Assembly (NCBI GenBank): GCA_030167145.1
Contig: CP126532.1
Span: forward strand, 3,270,001-3,302,000
Direction: 5' to 3'
DNA: 32,000 bases
Source: Ktedonobacterales bacterium
GTDB lineage: Bacteria > Chloroflexota > Ktedonobacteria > Ktedonobacterales > JADMIN01
The position numbers and the translations under genes are program-made. A model generated the notes under the pieces. It did not search any database. It was not told where the DNA came from and saw only the letters and a list, made by a program, of their open reading frames with translations. Shown here in pieces: positions 24,594 to 32,000 of the stretch. Position 1 is the stretch's first letter; each line of letters starts with the position of its first letter.

Positions 24594-25955
24594 ATGGACG
24601 CGCAAACGGTTCTCGAACACGCGCAGGTCGCGGGCGTGCGGCTGGTGCGCTTTCTGTATTGCGATAACGGCGGCATCATTCGGGGCAAGGCGACGCATAT
24701 CAACGGCCTCGAACGGCGGATGTCGGAGGGCATCGGGCAATCGCTGGCGATGCAGGCGTTCGCGGGGGTGGATGCGCTGGCTTCGGTGGAGGGATTGGGA
24801 CCGGTGGGCGAGTTCCGCCTGCTGCCCGACCCGGAGACGTTCGTCTTGCTGCCTTACACTCCTGGCAGCGCGATGCTGCTCTGCGACCTCTACACCGCTG
24901 ATGGCCAGCCGTGGGAACTGTGCCCGCGCACGATGCTCAAGCGTCAGATCACCGCCGCCGATGCGCTGGGCCTGCGGATGAACGCCGCCATCGAGCATGA
25001 ATTCTACCTTGCGCGCGAGATGCCATCGGGCTACGAGCCATTCGACCGCAGCCTATGTTACAGCAGCATCGGCTTCGACTCGTCCGCGCCGATCATCGCC
25101 GACATCGTGGCCACGCTGGATCAGCAGGGGATTCAGGTCGAGCAGTTCATGCCAGAGCTTGGCCCCGGCCAGCAGGAGCTATCCATTCAGCATGCCGATG
25201 CGTTGACAGCCGCCGACCACGTAATCCAGGTGCGCGAGACGGTGCGCGGCGTGGCCCATCAGCACGGCGTGCTCGCCTCGTTCGCCGCCAAGCCATTCTT
25301 AGACCAGGCGGGCAGCGGCGCGCACATCCACTTCAGCCTGTGGGGCGTGGCGGGCAGTGACGCGGCGGGGCGCAATCTGCTCTACGACGAGCGCGGGCGC
25401 GGCAGCATCAGCGCGCTGGGCTATCACTTCATCGGCGGGATCATGGCGCACCTGCCGGGGCTGCTCGCGCTCACCTGCGCCAGCCCGAACTCGTACCGCC
25501 GCCTGCTGCCGCACTTCTGGGCCTCGGCCTACACCGCCTACGGATTCGACAACCGCGAAGGCGCGATTCGCATCCCGTCGCCGTTCTGGGGCCGCGAGGC
25601 AGAGTCCACCAACTTCGAGCTAAAGCCCGCCGATCATAGCGGCAACCCGTATCTGGCGCTGGGCGCGCTGCTGGCCGCCGGGCTAGATGGCATTCGCCGC
25701 GAACTGGAGCCTGGCGAGCCGGTGGATGTGGACCCCGGCAACCTGAGCGACGACGAGCGCGAGCGGCGTGGTATCCATCGCCTGCCGCAGTCGCTCGACG
25801 CGGCGCTAGATGCGTTGGAAGCCGATACGGTATTGCGCGAGGCGCTCGGCTCGCGCCTTGCGGCGGCATATGTTGCGGTCAAGCGACTGGAGAGCGCATA
25901 CTTCGCGGAGAAAACGCCCGAAGAGGAGGCTCGCCAGCACTTCTACAAGTATTGA
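24594..25955 (+). CDS. glutamine synthetase family protein (GSI-like; gamma-glutamyl-amine synthetase candidate)
   Basis: MDAQTVLEHAQVAGVRLVRFLYCDNGGIIRGK...EHEFYL...PELGPGQQELS...GSGAHIHFSLW...NSYRRL...NREGAIRIP fit the GS beta-grasp and catalytic motifs. The track ORF start (23841) is an artefactual upstream extension that runs antisense to the amidohydrolase gene. ATG 24594 is preceded by ggtgggaagg. Confidence 0.85.
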   Translation: MDAQTVLEHAQVAGVRLVRFLYCDNGGIIRGKATHINGLERRMSEGIGQSLAMQAFAGVDALASVEGLGPVGEFRLLPDPETFVLLPYTPGSAMLLCDLYTADGQPWELCPRTMLKRQITAADALGLRMNAAIEHEFYLAREMPSGYEPFDRSLCYSSIGFDSSAPIIADIVATLDQQGIQVEQFMPELGPGQQELSIQHADALTAADHVIQVRETVRGVAHQHGVLASFAAKPFLDQAGSGAHIHFSLWGVAGSDAAGRNLLYDERGRGSISALGYHFIGGIMAHLPGLLALTCASPNSYRRLLPHFWASAYTAYGFDNREGAIRIPSPFWGREAESTNFELKPADHSGNPYLALGALLAAGLDGIRRELEPGEPVDVDPGNLSDDERERRGIHRLPQSLDAALDALEADTVLREALGSRLAAAYVAVKRLESAYFAEKTPEEEARQHFYKY

Positions 25956-26045
25956 GCATGACGAGCATGTGGCGCGGATGCGACACGCGCGGCTCGCGTG
26001 AACGTGGCGCGAGCGTTCAGCCGATGGCACAGGAGGTATGGTGTA

Positions 26046-27617
26046 ATGGAAACTCCGCTTAGCCCGCTGGAATTTCTGCGACGCACGCGGCGGCTGCATC
26101 CCAACCGCGAGGCGGTGGTGGACGGCGATCTGCGGCTGACCTACGCGCAATTCTTCGACCGCTGCGACCGCTGGTCGGCGGCGCTACAACGGCTGGGCGT
26201 GCGCCAGGGCGACCGCGTGGCCTATATCGCGCCGAACACCCATGCGCAGCTCGAATCTTTCTACGCGGTGCCACAGATCGGCGCGGTGCTGGTGCCGATC
26301 AACTACCGGCTGACGCCCGACGACTTCGCGTACATCCTGAATCACTCTGGCGCGAAGGTGGTCTGTGTCCATGAGGACTATCTGAGCGCGGTGGATGGCA
26401 TACGCGCGCAACTGCCGCAGGTCGAGCAGTACGTCGCGCTGGAGGGCGCGGCCCCTGGCTGGATTGACTACGAGCAGACGCTCAGCCAGACAGCGCCTAC
26501 CTTCACGAAGCCGGAGATCACCGAACACGACCTGCTGACCATCAACTACACCAGCGGCACAACATCGCGTCCCAAAGGCGTGATGATTACCCATCGCAAC
26601 GCCTACATGAACGTGGTGGGCACACTGATCCATGTCCATATGACGCCTGCGGATAGCTATCTGTGGACGCTGCCGATGTTTCACGCCAATGGCTGGACGT
26701 TTGTGTGGCAGGTGACATCAGTTGGCGCGAAGCATGTCTGTTTGCGCAAGGTTGAGCCAGCGCGCATCTTCGAGGCGATCAACGGCGAGGCGGTGACGAT
26801 GCTCTGCGCCGCGCCGACGGTGCTGATCGGCGTGGCGAATAGCCCGGAAGAACTGCGCCGCAACGTGCGCCGGGGCGTGCAGGTGCTGACGGCGGGCGCG
26901 CCACCAGCGGCGGCGACCATCGAGCGCATCGAGGGCGAGCTTGGCTGGGAGATCACGCACGTCTACGGCCTGACCGAGACCGCGCCCTTCATCACTATCT
27001 GCGAACCGCTCCCCGAACATGCGAACCTCTCGCCGCAGGCCCGCGCGACAGTGAAGTCGCGCCAGGGTGTGGAACTGGTGACATCGGGCGAGCTGATGGT
27101 GATGGACGACGCGGGCAACGAGGTGCCGCACGACGGCGAGACGCTGGGCGAGATCGTGGCGCGCGGCAATGTGATTATGGCGGGCTACTATAACGATCCC
27201 GAAGCGACCGCCAAAGCCTTCGCGGGTGGCTGGTTCCACAGCGGCGACGCGGCGGTGGTCCACCCCGATGGCTATGTCGAGATCCGCGACCGCATCAAAG
27301 ACGTGATTATCAGCGGCGGCGAGAATATCTCATCTATCGAGGTGGAGGGCGTGCTGCTGCGGCATCCCGCCGTGCAGGAGGTGGCGGTGGTGGGGCTGCC
27401 CGATGAGCGTTGGGGCGAGGCGCCGCACGCCTTCGTGGTGCTCAAGCCCGGCGCGGAGGCGACCAGCGAAGAACTGCGCCAGTTCGCCCGCGACCGGCTG
27501 GCGCACTTCAAAGCGCCCAAAGAGGTGCATTTTGTCTCAGAACTGCCGAAGACAGCGACGGGCAAGATTCAGAAATATGTGCTGCGCGGCGGCAGAGCAG
27601 CGGTGACGCGGCAATAG
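26046..27617 (+). CDS. AMP-forming acyl-CoA synthetase / ligase
   Basis: INYTSGTTSRPKGVMITHRN is the AMP-binding P-loop-like motif. YGLTETAP, GWFHSGD, DRIKDVIISGGENIS and LPKTATGKIQK are also present. I place the start at ATG 26046 (AGGAGG upstream). Confidence 0.9.
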   Translation: METPLSPLEFLRRTRRLHPNREAVVDGDLRLTYAQFFDRCDRWSAALQRLGVRQGDRVAYIAPNTHAQLESFYAVPQIGAVLVPINYRLTPDDFAYILNHSGAKVVCVHEDYLSAVDGIRAQLPQVEQYVALEGAAPGWIDYEQTLSQTAPTFTKPEITEHDLLTINYTSGTTSRPKGVMITHRNAYMNVVGTLIHVHMTPADSYLWTLPMFHANGWTFVWQVTSVGAKHVCLRKVEPARIFEAINGEAVTMLCAAPTVLIGVANSPEELRRNVRRGVQVLTAGAPPAAATIERIEGELGWEITHVYGLTETAPFITICEPLPEHANLSPQARATVKSRQGVELVTSGELMVMDDAGNEVPHDGETLGEIVARGNVIMAGYYNDPEATAKAFAGGWFHSGDAAVVHPDGYVEIRDRIKDVIISGGENISSIEVEGVLLRHPAVQEVAVVGLPDERWGEAPHAFVVLKPGAEATSEELRQFARDRLAHFKAPKEVHFVSELPKTATGKIQKYVLRGGRAAVTRQ

Positions 27618-27633
27618 GCGCGCTATGATTACA

Positions 27634-27658
27634 CCCCCTCCCCGACGTGGGGAGGGGG
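27634..27658. terminator. perfect 10-bp C-rich/G-rich hairpin (ccccctcccc-gacgt-ggggaggggg)
   Basis: It lies 17 nt after the acyl-CoA ligase stop and 18 nt from the 3' end of the convergent tRNA-Val. Confidence 0.55.
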
Positions 27659-27675
27659 CCGGGGGGAGAGGTAGG

Positions 27676-27748
27676 TGGGCGGCAAGGGACTCGAACCCCT
27701 GACATTCTGCGTGTAAAGCAGACGCTCTGCCAACTGAGCTAGCCGCCC
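27676..27748 (-). tRNA. tRNA-Val (anticodon TAC), CCA not encoded
   Basis: The reverse complement is GGGCGGC TA GCTC AGTTGGCA GAGC G TCTGC TTTACAC GCAGA ATGTC AGGGG TTCGAGT CCCTT GCCGCCC A. It is followed by CCT. Confidence 0.9.
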
Positions 27749-27837
27749 GGAAAATCGCCGCGAAAACGCGGCGCAAATAACACGACGTGCGGACCTCTGC
27801 CGCTGGTGCGACACTCCGCACGTCATCTATGCACTCT

Positions 27838-27922
27838 TGGTGCCCCCGAGTGGACTCGAACCACCACGCCCTTTCGGGCACAGGCCCTCAACCTGCCGCG
27901 TATACCATTCCGCCACGGGGGC
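27838..27922 (-). tRNA. tRNA-Leu (anticodon GAG), long variable arm, CCA encoded
   Basis: The reverse complement is GCCCCCG TG GCGGAATGGTATACGC GGCAGG TTGAGGG CCTGT GCCCGAAAGGGCGT GGTGG TTCGAGT CCACT CGGGGGC A CCA. Confidence 0.9.
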
Positions 27923-27958
27923 TTGTCGCGGCTGGCGCCATTGCCGACCGCAGAGAAC

Positions 27959-27988
27959 AGTATACACAGCAGAACGGGCGCATGTCAA
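27959..27988 (-). promoter_or_regulatory. tRNA-Leu(-Val) promoter TTGACA-18 nt-TATACT
   Basis: The minus strand reads ccgTTGACAtgcgcccgttctgctgtgTATACTgttc. The -10 ends about 36 nt upstream of the tRNA-Leu 5' end. Confidence 0.6.
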
Positions 27989-28236
27989 CGGTTGCGCCGA
28001 ACATGCGGCTTTGCCTATGAGCATCGCACGACGCGCTCATGGTTGTGCTACTGATCGGCGCCGGTGGCAAGGATGCGGCGCCGCAGTGATATGGCAGAGA
28101 CGAAGCGGCTGGCACAGCATGTGCGGCGAACCCCTGGCGTGCGACAGCGCATACGCGGTGAAATCAGCATCGCGCCGACGAGGCCATAGCCGCAACCCAC
28201 CCGCAATAGCCCATACGATGGGAAGGAGAACGCACC

Positions 28237-28776
28237 ATGTCCATGACGATGTTGAACGCCCAATACACCCTCAGAGCCGCGCTCGCCGCCGCTCATGGGG
28301 TTCTCGAAGCGACGATGAGCGATGTCACCGACGATATTGCCAACCGACCTGCCCCCGGCAATGCCAATCCCATCGGCGCCAGCTACGCGCACGTCGCCCT
28401 CGCCGAAGATGCCATCGTCAACGGCCTGCTCCAGGGTAAATCGCCGCTGTGGTCAGGCGCCTGGGCGGGGCGCACCGGAACCGACAAGCCGATGCCGATG
28501 GCAGGCATGGTGCAGGGCGATATGGGCCAGTGGTATCACACCGTTCATGTGGATGTCGCCGCCTGTCGGGCCTATGCGCAGACCGTCTACGCGCAATCCG
28601 AAGCCTTCATTGGTGGGGTTGATGATGCTACGGTGGCGCGCGAGATCCAGACACCCATGGGGCCGATGTCGCTTGCCACCGCGTTCACCACGCTCGTCAT
28701 CGGCCACTGCAACAATCTCGCTGGCGAGATCTCGGCCATCAAAGGCGTCTTCGGCCTGCGCGGCTACCCCTTCTAA
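28237..28776 (+). CDS. DinB-like (DinB_2 superfamily) four-helix-bundle protein
   Basis: AAGGAG lies 7 nt upstream of the ATG. The size of about 179 aa, the helical pattern with spaced His residues (AAAHGVLE, SYAHVALAEDAI, IGHCNNLAGEIS) and the C-terminal GxxGxxGYPF fit. Family assignment is by resemblance only. Confidence 0.5.
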   Translation: MSMTMLNAQYTLRAALAAAHGVLEATMSDVTDDIANRPAPGNANPIGASYAHVALAEDAIVNGLLQGKSPLWSGAWAGRTGTDKPMPMAGMVQGDMGQWYHTVHVDVAACRAYAQTVYAQSEAFIGGVDDATVAREIQTPMGPMSLATAFTTLVIGHCNNLAGEISAIKGVFGLRGYPF

Positions 28777-28828
28777 CGACTACACACCTATCGCTGTGGG
28801 CGGCTCACATGGCCGCCTAAAACATCCA

Positions 28829-28855
28829 CGCCTTGACGGCGTAGCCGTCAAGGCG
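28829..28855. terminator. 12-bp perfect hairpin with a 3-nt loop, between convergent genes
   Basis: The hairpin is cgccttgacggc-gta-gccgtcaaggcg, between the DinB-like stop (28776) and the LamG-like gene stop (28911). Confidence 0.55.
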
Positions 28856-28910
28856 GCGCTGCGGCGGGTGACGGCGCGAGCCCAACGGTGTGAGTAGAGA
28901 GGCAGATCGT

Positions 28911-29708
28911 TTAGAGTGCGATAACTTTGAAGCTACTGACAGCGATTTGCAAACCGTTCCAGCACTCAATACCCACTGCTCCACTTGAGAGGAACTGATT
29001 GTCCGTCGCTTGCGTTACCGTGTGGCCGTCTATCAAGAACGCGATGTGGTTGCCTTTGACTTCCAAACGGTATACATGCCATCCTGTGTCTGGCGTGTAG
29101 TTCACACTTCCCAGCACATTGCTGCAACATGGAGCATCGCCGCCCGTATGGATGTCGGCGATTCCAGAAAATGGACGCTGCGCCGAGATATTGTCCACAC
29201 CGCCAATGTACCCATCTGACCCGCTATCCATGGTTATTGCTCGTGCGTATAAGCCGAAGCCCGCTGTGCAGCACCCGATATTCACGATTTGGATGCGTGC
29301 CTCAACCGCGTAATTTGCCACTGTTGGTTGATACGGAGGTGTGGCATCGGGGAAATCGTAACCACCGCTACCATTGCTCACCAGCATCCCATTGAGCACA
29401 TTCCACTGCGCCGTACCCGTCCAGCCATTCATGCCGCTCGACCAGTTGGCCTGGTAGAGCACTGTTCCTGGCGCTGACGGTGCGGAAGTAGCGGTAGCTG
29501 TAGTCTCGGAAGCCGTCGGCAAAGGGGTTACTGTCTGTGAAGTATTTTGCGTAGATTGGCCGGACGGTTGCGTAGGTTGCGATGCGCTGGAGGTCGTGGC
29601 TGTATCTTGGCTTCGCAAGAAACCTAGAATCGCGATCATTGAGGCGAGAATACCGAGAACAACTCCCACACGAACCACAGTTCGCCAGACGCCACTATCA
29701 TCATTCAT
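28911..29708 (-). CDS. membrane-anchored protein with an S/T/P/Q-rich linker and a concanavalin-A-like (LamG / DUF1080-type) domain
   Basis: The N-terminal helix is VVRVGVVLGILASMIAILGFL. The linker is SQDTATTSSASQPTQPSGQSTQNTSQTVTPLPTASETTATATSAPSAPG. Then come WNVLNGMLVSNG...YAVEARIQI...GFGLYAR...WHVYRLEVKGNHIAFLIDG, which resemble the DUF1080/LamG beta-sandwich pattern. Confidence 0.55.
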   Translation of the reverse strand: MNDDSGVWRTVVRVGVVLGILASMIAILGFLRSQDTATTSSASQPTQPSGQSTQNTSQTVTPLPTASETTATATSAPSAPGTVLYQANWSSGMNGWTGTAQWNVLNGMLVSNGSGGYDFPDATPPYQPTVANYAVEARIQIVNIGCCTAGFGLYARAITMDSGSDGYIGGVDNISAQRPFSGIADIHTGGDAPCCSNVLGSVNYTPDTGWHVYRLEVKGNHIAFLIDGHTVTQATDNQFLSSGAVGIECWNGLQIAVSSFKVIAL

Positions 29709-29934
29709 ACGTCATGTACTCGCCTTCGATTCTCATCGCAAATGCTCACGAGACGACACGACTCGTAGTTCTATACTATCAAACTGTGTCAATTGTATCC
29801 ATCGCGCGGCATATGCCCCTTCATAGAATCATCCAGTACGCCATATATGTCGCGCTCGCGTTGATACATCGTCCGTTACTTCCCATGCCTGTTTCTGCGT
29901 CATGGATGAGTTGCCCTGGCATCTCCCCCAGATG

Positions 29935-29944
29935 TGGTACACTA
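29935..29944 (+). promoter_or_regulatory. extended -10 box TGgTACACTa upstream of tRNA-CAT
   Basis: The sequence is cagatgTGgTACACTag, about 23 nt upstream of the tRNA 5' end. It is the same 10-mer (tggtacacta) as in the tRNA-Phe promoter. No convincing -35 is present. Confidence 0.4.
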
Positions 29945-29966
29945 GTAGCTGCGCGTAGCCGCGCCG

Positions 29967-30041
29967 GGGCCCATAGCTCAGCGGCAGAGCGGACGGCTCA
30001 TAACCGTTTGGTCGCAGGTTCGAACCCTGCTGGGCCCACCA
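29967..30041 (+). tRNA. tRNA with CAT anticodon (elongator Met, or Ile2 if lysidinylated), CCA encoded
   Basis: The sequence is GGGCCCA TA GCTC AGCGGCA GAGC G GACGG CTCATAA CCGTT TGGTC GCAGG TTCGAAC CCTGC TGGGCCC A CCA. Positions 1:72 are paired and the anticodon stem lacks the three consecutive G-C pairs, so it is not an initiator. Confidence 0.9.
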
Positions 30042-30177
30042 GCATCATACAACCGAACAACGAACGCAACGTAAGCAACGAACATTTCAGAACCAGAGAC
30101 GCGAGCAGGGATCAGGCGGGGCACGCCATCTTGCGACGGACGCCCCGCCGCGCTGTGTCTGGCAGGAGCAAACGCAC

Positions 30178-31491
30178 GTGCAATTCTTCGACCGCGCCAA
30201 AATCAATGTCACCGCTGGCAACGGCGGCAACGGCTCGCTGCACTTCCGCCGCGAAAAGTTCGTCCCTATGGGCGGACCCGACGGCGGCGATGGCGGACGC
30301 GGCGGCAGCGTCTACCTCGAAGCAAATCAGGGCATGAACACCCTCGTAGACTACCACTATCATCCGCACCACAAAGCCAAGTCCGGTGGCGCGGGCGCGG
30401 GCCAGAAGATGCATGGCGCGAAGGGCGACGATCTCGTGCTGCAAGTGCCCGTCGGCACTATCATCCGCGACGCTGAAACCAACGCCCTCATCGCCGACCT
30501 CACCGAGCCTGGGCAGCGTGTGATGGTCGCGCGTGGCGGACGTGGCGGCCTCGGCAACGTCCACTTCGCCACCCCTACCAACCAGGCGCCGCGTGAAGCC
30601 CAACGCGGCGAGCCAGGCCAGGAAGTTGCCCTGGAACTCGAACTCAAGCTCATCGCCGATGTCGGCCTTGTGGGCTACCCCAATGCAGGCAAATCCACCC
30701 TGCTCTCCGTCGTCACTCAGGCGCGCCCCAAAATCGCCAGCTACCCGTTCACCACGCTCGTCCCCAATCTCGGCGTTGCCATCGTCGGCGACCCCACCCG
30801 CCGCGACGACTACAGCTTCGTCATCGCCGACATCCCCGGCCTGATCGAAGGCGCGGCGCAGGGCGTCGGCCTCGGCCACGAGTTCCTGCGGCATGTCGAG
30901 CGCACGCGCCTGCTGCTGCACCTGATTGATGGCATGTCGGAAAAAGACCCGTGGGACGAATTCGAGGCGATCAACCGCGAACTGGCCGAATATAGCGCCG
31001 ACCTCGCCGCACGCCCGCAGATTATTGTGCTGACCAAGATGGACCTGCAAGAAGCGCGCGACAAGTGGCCCGCGCTCCAGGAACGCGCCGCCGCTGCTGG
31101 CCTCTCTGCACTCGCTATCTCCTCTGCCACCAGCGAAGGTGTGCGCGAACTGATGAACGTCACCGCCGAACGTCTGCTCGAAATGCGGCGCGACGAAGCC
31201 GAGCGCAACAAACAACTCGCCGCCGAGATCTCCGCCACCGGACCTGTGCTGCGCCCGGAACCCGACGACGCCTTCACCGTCGAGCAGACGCCCACCGGCT
31301 ACCGCGTCCGTGGATACCGCATTGAGCGCATCGTCGCCATGACCATGCCCGAAAGCAGCGATGGCATGGAACGCATGGAGCGCCAGCTTCGCAAGCTCGG
31401 CGTCCTCGAAGCTCTCGAAGAGGCGGGCGTCCAGCCCGGCGACACCGTTTCCTTCGGCAAAACCGAACTCATCTGGGGCGAAGAGATGTAG
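30178..31491 (+). CDS. obg: GTPase Obg/CgtA
   Basis: FFDRAKINVTAGNGGNGSLHFRREKFVPMGGPDGGDGGRGGSVYL is the Obg glycine-rich fold. G1 is GYPNAGKST, G3 is DIPGLIEGA and G4 is TKMD, and a C-terminal TGS-like domain follows. GTG start with AGGAG upstream. Confidence 0.95.
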   Translation: MQFFDRAKINVTAGNGGNGSLHFRREKFVPMGGPDGGDGGRGGSVYLEANQGMNTLVDYHYHPHHKAKSGGAGAGQKMHGAKGDDLVLQVPVGTIIRDAETNALIADLTEPGQRVMVARGGRGGLGNVHFATPTNQAPREAQRGEPGQEVALELELKLIADVGLVGYPNAGKSTLLSVVTQARPKIASYPFTTLVPNLGVAIVGDPTRRDDYSFVIADIPGLIEGAAQGVGLGHEFLRHVERTRLLLHLIDGMSEKDPWDEFEAINRELAEYSADLAARPQIIVLTKMDLQEARDKWPALQERAAAAGLSALAISSATSEGVRELMNVTAERLLEMRRDEAERNKQLAAEISATGPVLRPEPDDAFTVEQTPTGYRVRGYRIERIVAMTMPESSDGMERMERQLRKLGVLEALEEAGVQPGDTVSFGKTELIWGEEM

Positions 31492-31542
31492 CGCCAGCAT
31501 CCCCGCGCCGCAAGCCGCACTCTTTCTGCGCACATTTGGTGG

Positions 31543-31836
31543 TTAGGGATGCTGCAATATATCGTGTGTCCCTATGCGAAGCCACGTAATATGGACATCC
31601 CCCGCATGGGGTGATGTGCCATACGTGAACAGCGCGCGCCCATCATTGGCCCATGTCATCTCAAACACACCGGGAAGCCGACGAAATCCTTTGACCCGCA
31701 AAGCAGGATGAAATGGACGTTTGGCCTTCATGTCGGCAACCATATCGGCCACAGCGGCGAGAAACAGCGAACGCTGCTCCGGGGTAAGCTTGTCCCAATC
31801 GCGCCAAAAGCGCGGCGCTTCGTCATGTGTGGGCAT
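31543..31836 (-). CDS. RelE/ParE-superfamily type II toxin (putative)
   Basis: The 97-aa ORF contains F..DWDKLTPEQRSLFLAAVADMV...LRVKGFRRLPGVFEMTWANDGRALFTY...ITWLRIGTHDIL, which follows the RelE/ParE layout (helical hairpin, then G-x-x-E-x-x-x...R-x-x-F, then a terminal I-x-x-L-R-I-G-x-H). Its ATG shares one base with the stop codon of the upstream ORF. Confidence 0.55.
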   Translation of the reverse strand: MPTHDEAPRFWRDWDKLTPEQRSLFLAAVADMVADMKAKRPFHPALRVKGFRRLPGVFEMTWANDGRALFTYGTSPHAGDVHITWLRIGTHDILQHP

Positions 31837-32000
31837 TATTGCTGCCCAGAAGCTTGTCGGTCAACCTCGCGGGCGCGCTCCAATTCTTCGTTGCTCGCCC
31901 CAAGGTGCTGGAAAAACGTTTCAGTCGAGGGATAGGTGCTGGCTTGCCCCGCGCCCGTCTCGGCCAGCGCTTCGCGCGCGCCTTCGATCCATGCGGGATC
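31836..32000 (-). CDS. putative cognate antitoxin, N-terminus beyond the right window edge
   Basis: My translation is in frame from position 32000: DPAWIEGAREALAETGAGQASTYPSTETFFQHLGASNEELERAREVDRQASGQQ*. The TAA (31838..31836) overlaps the toxin ATG (31836..31834) in the sequence TAATG. Only the gene order and overlap support the call. Confidence 0.4.
   Translation of the reverse strand, partial: DPAWIEGAREALAETGAGQASTYPSTETFFQHLGASNEELERAREVDRQASGQQ

Noticed and set aside
29967-30041. tRNA-CAT as initiator tRNA-fMet
   Set aside because: Positions 1:72 form a normal G-C pair and the anticodon stem (GACGG/CCGTT) lacks the three consecutive G-C pairs typical of bacterial initiators. It is an elongator Met or Ile2 tRNA.

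Overview
The window is high-GC bacterial chromosome. It resembles a Chloroflexota-like genome in its protein repertoire and G/C-rich REP-like hairpins, but taxonomy cannot be established from this window. Most of it is housekeeping and central metabolism: folK, hemA, an M42 peptidase, glutamate dehydrogenase, gatB, a class I/II aminotransferase, arginase, obg and four tRNAs (Phe-GAA, Val-TAC, Leu-GAG, CAT). Three accessory segments stand out. (1) A lower-GC islet at about 10.1-14.4 kb lies next to tRNA-Phe. It holds two divergently transcribed TIR-domain genes: one is TIR + coiled coil + a six-helix glycine-zipper membrane domain, the other is TIR + about 19 TPR repeats. I rank this as the best candidate for an undescribed TIR-based immune or signalling module. 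(2) A tandem array of three paralogous single-pass membrane proteins at 15.6-19.6 kb has six conserved extracytoplasmic cysteines. Copies 1 and 2 share conserved ends and differ in a central core. A perfect 49-bp tandem duplication spans the stop codon of copy 2, and a perfect TGTGA-N6-TCACA site lies upstream of copy 1. (3) A loose catabolic neighbourhood at 19.7-27.6 kb contains a Rieske oxygenase with a ComB-like phosphatase, an MFS transporter, a divergent amidohydrolase/GS-like pair (a split FluG/NodGS architecture) and an acyl-CoA ligase. I also note a short dispersed motif GGACGCCCCTACG (3 copies), several hairpin terminators at convergent gene ends, near-consensus tRNA promoters, a low-GC LamG-like gene bracketed by tRNAs, and a RelE/ParE-type toxin-antitoxin pair at the right edge. 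No CRISPR array, rRNA, transposase or integrase was seen. All functional calls rest on my reading of the translated ORFs and remembered family signatures. No database search was run.
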